A DNA stretch of 64,000 nt from the human T2T-CHM13v2.0 reference genome, Homo sapiens. The position numbers and the translations under genes are program-made. Position 1 is the stretch's first letter, and every line of letters starts with the position of its first letter. The notes below the pieces were generated by a model. The model did no database searches and was not told where the DNA came from. It worked only from the letters and a program-made list of their open reading frames with translations. This document shows, one piece after another, positions 13,711 to 27,052 of the stretch. The stretch is from NCBI RefSeq assembly GCF_009914755.1, contig NC_060927.1; one strand, given 5' to 3'.

Positions 13711-16700
13711 AACAACTGACATGAACTAGTGGTGAGACATCCCTACTCTCCTAGCCTTTGTGTAAAAATACCCTAAGGCAGGTGTTTTACACTATCTCTA
13801 CAATTTCCTTATGGGATTAAACACTAGTTGCCATTGCACAACTCGCTTAACAATGCACCATCTATTGGCTGCCTTCACTTCCCTGTCTCATATCCTCATT
13901 CACTCACTAGTGACCCCCTGTAAGTCCCAAGTAACTATTTGTCTCAGGGTCTGCTTCTGTGGGAAAGTCAACTAAGACACCAAGGCAAGTTTCTTAATTT
14001 CTCTAAACATTACTTTCCTTATCAATAAAAATAATACTTAGATCATGAAGTTATTGTGAAGATTAAACGAGATAATTCTTCAAAGTACTTAGCACAGTGC
14101 CTGACTCATAGTAGATACTTAATATGATCTTCTTGAATTTCTGGTCTAACAATTATCCACCTTTTTTATAGAAGATAAACTACATCTCTCAGTTTCAGGA
14201 AGAGACTAAAAAAATCTAAGAGCCAATTCTTTCCCATCTTCTATTTAAATAACATCTCTCATGACTTAGCACTCATCATTCAACCAACCACAAGAGGTAT
14301 TAGAAAGAACTGGAATTTTGTATCCAGCTCAATCTTTTGCCTAGAGGTGGGCTGAGCCCACAAAAAAAGTTAGATAAGCTCCCCAGATAGCAAGAAGACC
14401 CCCCCAGGACAGACAGATAACCACCACTCCCTCCTGACCTAGGGAATTAGAGGGCTGTGGGGTCAATTGTAAACAACTTTGATCTGGTAAATTTTATGCG
14501 TATCCCTTTCTCTCTTTGGTTACAAATGTACCCTCCTAAGGTTTATGGCAAAGACTAGAATTCATTTAGTCTTTTTCTAGTTCCACAGTGCATCATTTTA
14601 ACAAATGAAACCATGGGATCATGAAATTCCCAGTGAGGTGAATCCTTTGCCAAATGCCATTTTATTTTGCTTTGATTTCTCGTTACTTGTTTGCCAAAAT
14701 ACACAGAGATTTTATCACAATAATCACCTATTCTGACTAGCAAACCAAAGGATTAGGTTACATACTCTGGTGGACTCATAAATAAGACTGATGAGAAATC
14801 CAATTTCTGTCTCTTGCTTTTGTAGAAAACACCTTTCTGAATATGTACTTTTTAAAAAGCTGAACAAACAAAACTTACCTTGACTTACATGTTAAAAAGG
14901 GAAGCTCTGTTCCCCAAAACAAATAAATGATAAAATCCCAAATTCCATCTTGCTCTTTAATATAATCCCTAAAGCTTTTTTCCAACATTTCATACATACA
15001 TAGCCTTTAACTTCACTCACAACTATAAATAGTTGGCCAATTTAAGTTCAAAGCATCTGACTAAAGCTAACCACTAGCCATATTGGGCATGCCTAATGGT
15101 TTCAATGTTTGGCTCAATTACATTATGAGCTAAATAGTTCTCCCTGTATTATTGCCTACAGTTTTCCATTTTCCACTTATAAATTAATGACAAAATTCAA
15201 GAAATATTCAGGTGATTGCACAAACTGTTGTACAAATATGGTGATGCTGATGAACTAAAACTACTTGTCGGCAGGTAAGGTCATGGTACAGTAGCTCAGA
15301 ATGGTGGTTCATAAGCTACAGCACAGAAGATTAATGTATGAAAGGCAATTTAACAGTGCTACTGTATAATGTGCAAAAGTGTAAATCATATCGAAGTAAG
15401 AGGCAGACACTATGCACGGGATATTGAATAGTGTTCTAGCCCATAACTCCCAATCTTGTACATTTCAAGGAATAATGAAACTATTTCCATTCATGAACTT
15501 TCTCAGACCCCTTTCAGAAGCTGTACACTATGAATTACTTCAAGTATTTCCCTCGATTAATCTAACGAAGTCAGTTTCATTCTGCCCATTAAGTACAAAG
15601 ATTTTGAAACACAATGTGTACTCTCTGTGCTCTGCTTAAAATTTATTGAAATGAACTTTGTCCTAGGTGATATTGGGAGAGAGTCTCAAAACCAACAAGT
15701 GATGTGGAGTCCCACTGCAGATCTTTCACCAGCAGATATTTTTCCTCACCTGGAAAATGGTCTTTCAAAATTATTAAGGCTGTATAAATTGTGTTTGGTC
15801 AATGAATCAGAATGGACATTGCTAGGAGTCCCAAAGCCATAATAATCAATCTTTCTATTGTTCTTCAGGTCATCTTGCCACCCTCTCTTCCCAATGTCAA
15901 GTCCCACACTCCCACAAGCATCAAAAGTAGGTAATTATTGCCATGACGGTGAAATAAAAGGAGAATAAAGAGAATTCAGAGTCCTTGATCGTATCCGTCC
16001 CCTACTTGAAATCTCTTGAAGTTTTAAGCTTGAGTCCCATCTCCTCAATGGCTCACAGGGTCTTATGCCCTGTCACACTCTCTGGCTCCTCTCACCATCC
16101 CTCATCCTGAGCCAAGCTAAACTCCAGCTCTACAGTTCTACCTACATTTACCTCCGTGAACCCTGAATCTCCCATTCTCTCGCTTACCTTTGGACCTAGT
16201 GCATGCTATTCCCCCTGTTATTTGTACCTTCAAATCCTCCCTCCTCTGGCTAATTCCATTTACCCTTCAGTGACACTTTAGGTGCTACTTTCTTCAGGAA
16301 GCCTTCCTTCATTCTTCATCCATGACTCTCCTAAGTCTTCCATGATAGCCTGGATGTTCCCCCAAAGAGCATCCATTATTGCCTGCTTACTTGTTTGGTG
16401 CTCCACTGGATACTACAATCCCTGAACTCCCCTACAAAATTACCTGCTCTATTATGGTCCTCTTGACGTGTACACACCCTATTCCCAGAAGAAGACTGGC
16501 ACAAAGCAAGCATACACTTTTACGACGACTACATAACAGAATGGCTTAATTCTTTGTTACTAATGTCTATTATGAAAGAACACCAGCCACTCCTGTTTTC
16601 CAGGTTAAAATAACTAATAAAATGATAATTACTTAGTTGAACCTTTGCATGAAGAAACTGTTGTAAAAATATATATATAATAGATCTAGAAGAGTGCCTT

Positions 16701-17958
16701 TGAAGCAAATTGGACTAGATGATAGAGAAACAGAGATCCCAAATAAGGAGAAAGCTAGTGGCAAAGCCAGAAAGGGAACTTAGGGCTTGTGACCCCAGGT
16801 CAGTGCTATGTCTCTGTATCCAAAAGAATCTGCTCTGAAGTTATTCTAAGCAACTATTCATGTTGTGAATTCAAGGTGGCCCATGAATGCATTCAAAGCC
16901 CATGTATAAAAAGAGAGTTATTTCTCAGCTTTAACAAAAAAGGTGAAGAATTCCCCTTGCGTGCCCACACTAACTGCTCCACGCTCACAAGCCTGATGAA
17001 CAGCAGCCACTAAGACCCAGGTGCTTTTGTATCCACCCAGCATCAAACAGGACCTATTTTCAACAAGCCCATACGAATGCCACGCTGTTATCCCACTCAC
17101 TACCCAACCTCCTGCTTCCTGTCAGGGAGAGGCTTCATGAACAATACGAATAAAGGGTCAAAATGCGAAACAAAGAAGGGGGAGGAGGGAATGTTACAGC
17201 CTTAGAAGGGAAGGAAAAACATACATCACCAGAAGGAAAGAAAAGACATCAAAAATCCTCTCCTGAGATGTCAATGTAAAAAAAGAGTCAACAACCCTGC
17301 TCCTCTCGGAACCCGCCCCTTGAACCACGACTGCTCCTCGAGGTGATGACAGCTGGAGCTGGCTGACAAAACGGAGCATGGCTAATCTGCCTCAAGCCAG
17401 GCACAAGAAAGACATCTTGGTAGAAATTTGATGCCCACCAGTATCACTGAGAAAATAACCAGTGATCATGGGACCGCCCTAACCTCACATCTGGCAGAGC
17501 TGCTCAACTCTCACTGCCAGAGCAGCTCCCAGACCCCAAACCCACCTTCAATCACCTCAGGCCCATAGAGGATGAACTCCTGACCACACCTATCTTATTA
17601 TAGAGAAATATGCCACATAAGAACTGGTAACCACAGTGCACAACTAGGTTCAATTTCTTATAGGAAACCCTGCTCTTTCTTACTGCAATTAGTCATACCA
17701 TTTAGCAGAAATCTTTCACGGTTTGCATAAGGATCTGAGCATATTCTTAAAGAACAGTCACATTGCTCAATTCCCATTCAAGCTCTTGTCTTCTGACCCA
17801 CTAAGAAGTTGCCTTGAATTAATAGTTTGCTCCTAATGCATTTAGGGTAAATGCACTTTGCTGCCTGCAACTCATTCATGCCCTGAAATCACAGAATGAC
17901 AACTACCTTTAGGGGTGGAAAGTATTAAGACAGGAAAAGAGAGCTAATGCTATCCGAC

Positions 17959-17988
17959 CACACACACACACACACACACACTCACACA
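17959..17988. repeat. (CA)n microsatellite
   Basis: About 11 perfect CA units. Confidence 0.9.
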
Positions 17989-18739
17989 GGATAATTAAGT
18001 GAGCAAAATGTAGACTCTGAAAAATAAACCATAGCAAAACTAAGTTGCTGGTATAAGATGTCTATGAACATTGCAGCTGGCCTTTGGTTTTCAGGTATAT
18101 CTCACAGATGCCCTTCCAACTCTTCATCCAGTGGGGCTATAATCTCACCATTGACTTCCAGGAAAAAATAACCACTTAGTTCCTTCCTGAAGGTTCTTCC
18201 TGCCTTTATTTATTTTCTTCTCTTCTTCCATGCACACGCACTCTCTCTCTTTTTAATTTTGTTGAGTGCTGATTAGGTGCCAGCAACTAGAGATTCCTGG
18301 GCTCTGACCAAGCGAACTCTGCTTGGCAGAGTCAACATGAGTTCAAGAACAGAGGAAATGCAACTTCAAAGCAACAAATCTGGAAGATGTAAGTGGAGAA
18401 GTAATGCCCAAGAGGTTAAGAGCAGAACTTTGAGGCACGCCCTGGGAATTGGCCAGCCAAGTGCTGAAGAAATTAGGCTGGAGTAGCAGATGAACTGGCC
18501 CAAGAGAAGGGTAACCAATTATATTAACAATTAAGTCAGTGATGTAGTGGCCTTGGACTTCCCCAGCTGAAAGAATGAGCAGAAAATCACAAAGAAGGCT
18601 CGGCCCTGGCTGTGAAAGTGAGACAGCTTAGAGCTCCTGGTGCTTTTGGCATTGACAATGGTTAAGGCTTGTTGGTTGTTTCTGTTGTAATTGTGGGGCC
18701 ACTCATTGTTTCTACTTTCTCTAGTGATAATTTAGCAGC

Positions 18740-19030
18740 CTTGAGAGTAAGGCAGAGGTGGATTCAAACTCTGGCTCTGCCACAGCATTAACTCTGAGCA
18801 AGTTTTTCTGTTCCTTCAGTCATTTGACAAATACTTACAGAACATCTAGGCACTAGGGATACAGCCAAAGGCAAAGCTCCTGCCTTTATGGAACTTATCA
18901 AATTATTTGAGTCTCAGTTTCCTCACCTATAAAATGGGATAATACATTTACCTGTATAGGTAATATGAAATGAGCAATATAAAGCACCTAGCACAGTGCC
19001 TACCACATAGTAAATGCTCAATAAATGGTG
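18740..19030 (+). mobile_element. MIR SINE interrupted by a reverse L2 3' fragment (~18805-18898)
   Basis: gattcaaactctggctctgccac...gagcaagtt | cattTgacaaatactta...ctcctgcctttatggaactta | tctcagtttcctcacctataaaatggg. Confidence 0.65.
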
Positions 19031-19263
19031 CTCTTCATATAACAGAGCAAACGTATCCATCACTTCCAACTGGAGTATTAGCTCCAAGTAGTAAGGAACT
19101 ATCTGTTGTTCATCTCTGTACCCCCAGTGCCTAACACAAAGTAGATACTCAATAAATACTTCACAAATCAATCACTACTTAATAACAGCCATTGTTATGG
19201 TAACTTATAGTCATTATTCCTCTCTAAGCCACAGAGATTCTATACTTGAAAAAGCAACATGGC

Positions 19264-19401
19264 GGCCTAGCGTGGTGGCTCACGCCTGTAATCCTAGCAC
19301 TTTGGGAGGCCGAGGCGGGCGGATCACGGGGTCACGAGATCAAGACCATCCTGGCTAACACGGTGAAACCCCGTCTCTACTAAAAATACAAAAAAAAAAA
19401 A
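19264..19401 (+). mobile_element. AluY left arm only, with TSD
   Basis: Left arm with gagatcaagaccatcctggctaacacggtg, then poly-A; TSD aaaaagcaacatggc / aaaaagcaagatggc. Confidence 0.9.
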
Positions 19402-19690
19402 AAAAAGCAAGATGGCATAAAGGCTTTTTTTTTTTTTTTAAAGAACAGTGAGGTGCACTATACAATATGTCTTCAGGAACTTTTTAAACATGAAAACAAA
19501 TGTTATTGAGCATAAAGCTTTCAATTCAAAGAATCTATTAGCACAGAGACCAGCACGGACAGCGGATGTAGATGCCAGCCCACTCTTTTCCTAACTACAA
19601 AGTAAGGACAAGCTGGCCAGGCTTCAGGTTAATCCAGAAGGCACCCAAAAAGTAAGTTACATAAAGTTTAGCAGATGTGCTCAAAGATGG

Positions 19691-20019
19691 TGTATCAGTA
19701 AAGATAAGCAGAAAAGTGCTGCAGAAACCAAAAATCACAAAAATCTTCATGGCTTAAAACAACCAAAGTTTACTTCTTGGTCTATATGTCCAACTCCAGT
19801 TGACGGGAAGCTGTGTTCATTTAGTGACTGAAAGGCCCAGGCAGATGAAGGGCTCCATCTCAACACACATTTCCGTAATCATTGCAGTAGAAGAGGGCAC
19901 TGGGTGCTCTCACACTGGAAATCAAATATTCTAGCATGGAAGTGATGCAAGCCACCTCCAACATATGCCTGGAAGGAAAGAAAAAGTGGCTATGGGGAAC
20001 ATTAACAGTCTCTACCACA
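19691..20019 (-). mobile_element. MaLR LTR (old MLT1)
   Basis: tgtatcagt...gctgcagaaacc...ggcttaaaacaaccaaagtttacttcttg...ggaagtga...ctaccaca. Confidence 0.6.
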
Positions 20020-21185
20020 GATGATATTAAGACACAACCTGTGGAATAACAAAGGGATTTGTTAAAGATGATGCACAAATAAAACATCTGAACAGCTATA
20101 AGATTCACATAATCATGAACCAGGAAGGGTGTGTAGGTGTCATTTTAGAGCAGTGGCCTCAACATAAAGACACTTCATACAACATAAATCTGGACCCTAA
20201 ATTTCCAGAACAGCTCTGCTTTCTATAAATATACTGAGGGTCCAGATAAATTTTTATTTAGGAAACAAAGTTTTAACAGCTGAAAAACATTTGAAAACTA
20301 TGAATGTAAACCAAATCCTTTATTTTACAAATTTAAAAAGTAAAGAGAAGAAAAAAAGGAGACACAGACAGTTAAAGTAACCCCAATCTACCCCTCAAGG
20401 AAGGTCTAGAATGTTTAGCAGAAATAAGTCCATGGACAGAATCTAATGTACCACTGCAGCACCTTCTGACCTTACCCTTCATCTCTGCTACCTTTAACTG
20501 GCACAGTGGAGCCAGACCCAGACCAAAGTCATTTAATACAAGGTCGTCAAGGGCTCAATAAATGGTATTGACAATGAGTAGAAGACCCCACCCCACAGCA
20601 TGAAATAGTGATTCATATCTCATTAGCAATTCTCTACATTACTCATTCCCTACTTCTGGGCAAATGTGAAGCCATCAGTAGAAGTGAATACTAGCCTTCA
20701 GGAGACTTTCATTTTGCTCTCAGATGATCATAGGTTAACAGCAACTATGATTTGGGTTCACTCAATTCCATTATCTTCTCATGTCCCCAGCTCTGTTTCA
20801 TGCCCAGTTTTCCCTCCACCTTCACTCGTACTAAAGCATGTATGTCATGCACTCAAGCCTCAGTGGTCTCCCAACCTCTGGTCTCTGTCTTTTTCAATGG
20901 CTTTATACTCACTAGCCCATGAAATCAAACTCAAATATTTCAACCAGGAATCCAGATGCCTCCTAAATCTTAATCCAGCCTAATTTTCCAACATTATCTC
21001 CACTATGGTACTTGTCCTGCACAGCCAGAGGCAAGATGATGATCCTGAAAGTCAAAATGATGTTGTTTTGAACCCCCAATGCTTCTACTTACTGGTTGGG
21101 CAAGTCCTTAACCCCTCTAAGTTTTAATGTTCTCACCTGCAAAATAGGTGATAGCACCTACTTTGAGGGTTTTCTTGAGAAGGTA

Positions 21186-22000
<815 letters not shown>

Positions 22001-22689
22001 TATTAAATATCTTATGGAAAGTGCTAAGCACAGTGCCTAACACATAGTTAACTGCCCAATAGAAGTTAAGCTATAAATACTAGTGTTATAATTATTATTG
22101 TTGTTGTAATTCACCTTTCTTACTCTCTGGCCAAGTGGAATAACTCATTATATCCATGTGTGCCCCTACATTTTTATGGTATCCATTGCTCTATCTGCAT
22201 CTCCAACTCTCTCCCTGCTTTAAGGTCCAGGAAAATGCCATTGCATCCAAGAAGTCCTTCCTTACACCTATTCCTAATGATAAGTTTCATGGTAGCAGGA
22301 CCCACATCAGAATAAAACTGTGTTCACCACTGCACTGAACATTGTCTCTTGGAACACAGTAGGTTCTAATAAATAGTGCCTTAATAATTTAAGTAATTCA
22401 TGTGTATACACAAACCTGTTTTATAGCCAGCCCTCTAAAATCAAACAGAGAATATTCCTGAAATGCAGAAGTTAAGGACCAGGTTTATATGTCACGCAGC
22501 TAGCAATGGGAGTGAGGGGATGAAAATTGCATTCCCCAAGAAAAAGAAAAAATTAGAAAATCCTCTAACCATAATTTTTACATGCTGTTGGAAGCTGGAT
22601 GATAGTTCATCAAATATTCGCTCCCTTACTGTGAACAGAGTCTACGTTTACAGACAAGTGTTGTCCAAAATAGTACTTTTCCAAAACAG

Positions 22690-22970
22690 GTTATTAGTGA
22701 AAGTGACATTTGCTCGTGTAGTTTGCCTCTTGGCTCCAGTGATCTGCCAGGAGAAAAGCATGCCCCAGGTAGCTGCCATCCCTTCAGCCTGGGCCCCAGG
22801 ACACATGTGGAGGAGACTGGAACCCAACCCACAGCCTCTACACAGCCACCCCAAGGAGCCCAACCTATACCAGCCAAATCACGGTCAACCTGAAGACCCA
22901 TGAGTGTGAAAATAAATACCTGTTGCTGTAAGTCAGGGAGTTTTGTTACACTGCCAAAGCTGACTAATAT
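22690..22970 (+). mobile_element. MaLR LTR fragment (MLT1H/I-like)
   Basis: agcatgccccaggtagctgcc...ccttcagcctgggcccca...aataaatacctgttgctgtaag...agctgactaata. Confidence 0.6.
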
Positions 22971-23465
22971 ATCTTATCATTTGATATATGTTAGCATGTC
23001 TTATATCTTCATTCATTTTGTTCCTTTTCTTCACATAAAAAGAAGAGGTTGTAGAGTCTCCATGTTTTGTACATCCAGTGAGTTCTACCTTTGGATCAAC
23101 TATTTTAAATTTATGAGATCTACATTACCATGAATATTGGTGCTTTTCTGTGCTTTCCATTCATCCTATCTTTCTAAACTAAGAAAATCACAATAAAATA
23201 TAAAGGAATAGTGTAAACATTGCTGAAACTGAAACTGTTGGCTGGCAAGTAGATGCCCCACGGACCAGCCAAAATGTTAACTGGTTAGAGGATTTTAAAA
23301 AAAGAAAAAAGAAAAAAAAAAAGGCTAGAGGGTGTCCTAGTAAAACAAGCAAATGCAGATTGTACAAAAGTCAACCTAACCAAAGTCAAAGACTCTTTAG
23401 GTAAATTTGTGGACTGCAATACCATTCACCTTATTTTTCAGGATACCTGTTTTGGCAAACCTTCA

Positions 23466-23861
<396 letters not shown>

Positions 23862-24384
23862 CTATTACAAAAGAATAATTTTAAATATCATTATACCTAA
23901 TCACTAATGGAAAAGGGTCTCTGTAAATAACAAAGAAAATAAAACCCTAATCCCTTGGTGGGGAGACAACTGAAGGATGTTAAGAGCATTTATTCAACCA
24001 AGATCTATTTAAAACTCTAATTGGAAATTTAAGGTGTCAAGAAAAATGGAAGAGTGTGAATTTTGTTTTGTTTTACCTTCTTTTAAGTCATCATCATTAA
24101 GTTTGGAACCAAATTTTTATCGAGCCAAAATTTTTATTTTATTATGTGTTATATTTTTTATATTTTATTATGTTTCTACTGGAAATATATAATAAACAGA
24201 GTTACTAAATTTGCCTATTGGCCCATGCCACAGCCTTCAAATGCAAAGGCAAAACAGGCTGATAAAAGGACTGTCAGAATCACAGTGGACTCTTAAAATG
24301 GTTAGCTCTACGTATGCTGGGAGAACCCACACTTCAGACTGGACACATGCAGACTACACAACCAAAATTTGAAGTCAAGGCCAC

Positions 24385-24590
24385 GGCCAAGGTCATGGGC
24401 TCTGGGTAAGACGAACCCGGGCTCAGGTTCTTGCTTTCATACTAAACTGTGGCAAGATACTGAATTCCTTCTAGTTACTCATCTATAATTTGGGCGTAAG
24501 AATAGTACCTACCTCACAGGGGCTCCACAAGGTTTAAAAAAGATAATGCATATAAAGTACTCAACAAAGTGCTTGCCTATGCAATAACAA
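24385..24590 (+). mobile_element. MIR SINE
   Basis: atgggctctgg...ggcaag...aatagtacctacctcacaggg...gataatgcatataaagtact. Confidence 0.65.
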
Positions 24591-26671
24591 TGATGATGAT
24601 AGTAATAGTAATAATACTGCTTTGACAAACCCGGCTTCTACATGAAAACCATTCTAATCAGTATATTCTGGCTCACAGTCTGTTTATGAAAGGCTTAATT
24701 CACAGAATTATGTTCACATCCAGGTACAACTTCTATAAAGTGACAGCTCTTTGGATCAATCAGTAATTTTTCTAATGAATTCAGGGAGAAGGGTGTTGAA
24801 AAATCAGGCTTTCACTAGTAGTGAGTTGAGATGGATCTGGTCCTTCACCCATGATTCATCCACCCGTGAAAGTCTTGCTGGTGAAAACCATGACACCATC
24901 ACCTTCCACACCCCTCCCTGCCAAAACTGTAAAAGTATTTTATTAAAGCACAGAAGCAAACAGACAAGATGGCTTACATGAGAAAAAGGCAAACTCTACT
25001 ACTCCCCGGAAAGAAAATGGCTTGACCCCACCACCACCGAACTGACATTCTGCAAAAGAGAACAAGGCAGCCCTCACTTCCAGAAGTTGAGTTAACTGTC
25101 AGAACTAAAAGAATCCCTTCTATTCATGTGACTCCCCATAAAGAACGTTTGCCGGCTCCAAAAATACCTTATAAATCCATCCAGTAGAGCCAAGCCCCAA
25201 GTACTGTATACTGAGAAACAATGTGACTTTACAAGGACAAGAGTGACCATAGGAGACAAAGTGCCACACCCTTTTCCCGGATAGCTCAACGGTACATGTT
25301 GTCTCTTATAAAGACTGCAATTCTGGAGAAATAGGTGGGCAATTCTAACACCCCCTCCCCCAATTCCTTCTTTACACAGATTCATTTTCATTTTTAAGCC
25401 AGTGGCCTCGGCATCCGCAACTACTACAACTAATAATCAGGGGGGTGGTGGGTAAGGGATGGGGAGGACAAGGAAACACAGGTCAAATATACTTGCTTCT
25501 AAAAGTCCATTTTCAAAGAGTTTTCTTCCCGCTTGTCTGCCTCTCACAGCTGTATCCCCATACCAGGTGGAAACCAATGGTTAAGTAAAATCACTGATTT
25601 AAAGAGCCAACCAGGAAACTAACCATGACAAGTGGGAGCTGCCCTCCTCTCCCGAGCATTGATTGGTTCTTTGGGTTCCACCGGTCCCCATTCTACCCAC
25701 GTAAGTGGCAGGTGTGGCTGTCAATCACAGAGGGAACCGACAATTCACCGCTCGGGGAGTAAATTGCCTTTCATACAGCAAAGGCAGGTAGCCGCCTAAA
25801 ATCGATCCACTCCTAAAAGAGCGGACCCTCCCTCTCTGGCAAGGAGAACAGAGACCCTTAAGTACAAAATAAATAAGGCAGGGCCGAACGGAGAGTTTAC
25901 GAGCGCTATTTTATTACCCCGAACCAAAGCAGCTCTTAATCTTCACTGTCCTAAGACGATCTTTCAAAGGCTCGTACGGTATTTTTTTTAATTAGGTACA
26001 CCTTCGTAAGTATCCCTTTTTTTGTATAATTAGGAGATGGGGAGGAGGAGAGAAGGGATGCCGTTCAGTTCAATTTCACATCGTATTCCTTTTCATACAC
26101 CATCCCCTAGCCCTCCCCGATAAATCGGCTTCATTTTCCCTGACACGGGTTTTTTAAAAAAAAATATGCTCCCCTCTGAACCCACCCAGGCGGCCAGCCA
26201 CCCCACCCCCGGGCGGGGGCTCCACCTTTCTCCACTTTGTTCTGCTTAGGATTGCTCAAGACCCCCGACCCCGCGAACACCCCACCCCTCGAGGCAAGAG
26301 GGGACGCCAGGCAGAAGAGGGGGATCTGAGAGAAGAAAGGCGATGGCAGTGAGGGTGGCTGCCGGAGAGGGACTGCGGGAGGTGGCCCGGGCAGCCGGGG
26401 CTAGCGAGCGGCGCCCGCGCGCTGGAGGAAACCGTGCACTTGTTCCAATCCGGGGGTTTATACATCAGGGCAAATCCTCCCTTAGGCCGCCCCATCCCTC
26501 CCCCCGCCCGAGAAAGCCCCGTAGGAGGCGATGGTTCACCCTTAGGCTCCCCACGATAACGCATTGCAGCTCCCCACGAGCGAGGGGGACCCGGCACGAG
26601 GAATGCCCGGGCACGGGCGCCCCGAGGGAGCCGGGCACCAGGCGGCCCCGGCCCCGGCGTCGGCGTCTCAC

Positions 26672-26890
26672 CTTTCCGATGCTCGCCCCGGGGCCGTCCC
26701 ACATGGATTTTTACAACCTCTCGTCGCCTTGGCCCCGGGCGGCCAGGAGGAGCAGGAGCCGGCGCCGGAGCCGGAGACCGAGCGAGCAGGAGCGGGAGGC
26801 GGAGGAAGAGGAGGAGAAGCGGGGCGGGGAACAGGGAGGGAGGAAAGAAGGGAAGGAGGAGGACACTGCTCGGAGGGCCAGGGCCAGGCG
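26672..26890 (-). other. Putative first exon (likely 5'UTR) of an unidentified gene; 5' boundary approximate
   Basis: Minus strand ...GAGCATCGGAAAG|GTGAGACG is a strong donor inside the CpG island; C/T-rich leader; G-rich intron start; GC boxes upstream. Confidence 0.7.
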
Positions 26891-27030
26891 CGGGGCCGGG
26901 CGGGGCCGGCGGCCGAGGGGGCGGCACCCGCCGCAGTCCCGAGACGCGCGCTCGCGCGGCGCTGCCAGGCGCTGCGCTCGGCGGGGCCCCCACCCGGCCG
27001 GCCGGCACGCTCGCCCGCTCGCAGAGGCCC

Positions 27031-27052
27031 TGACTCACATTCCCAGCATTCC
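27031..27052 (+). promoter_or_regulatory. AP-1 site abutting a tandem TEAD (MCAT) pair
   Basis: TGACTCA-CATTCC-CAG-CATTCC. Confidence 0.6.

Larger units (their letters stand above)
12718..13979 (+). mobile_element. ERVL LTR (LTR33-like), interrupted by L1MB and Alu
   Basis: Starts tgcaagcagatgc; ends gtctcagggtctgcttctgtgggaaagtcaactaagaca. Confidence 0.6.
12647..14125 (+). mobile_element. MIR SINE split in two (12647-12717 and 13980-14125) by nested insertions
   Basis: 5' half agcatgggctctg...tctccacttac...gatctt; resumes ggcaagtttcttaatttctct...gattaaacgagataa...cttagcacagtgcctg. Confidence 0.65.

Noticed and set aside
14873-14882. Perfect minus-strand donor CAAG|GTAAGT
   Set aside because: No convincing acceptor at exon distance upstream
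26672-26890. Assigning a gene symbol
   Set aside because: No coding exon in the window and I do not recognise the leader sequence; needs BLAT
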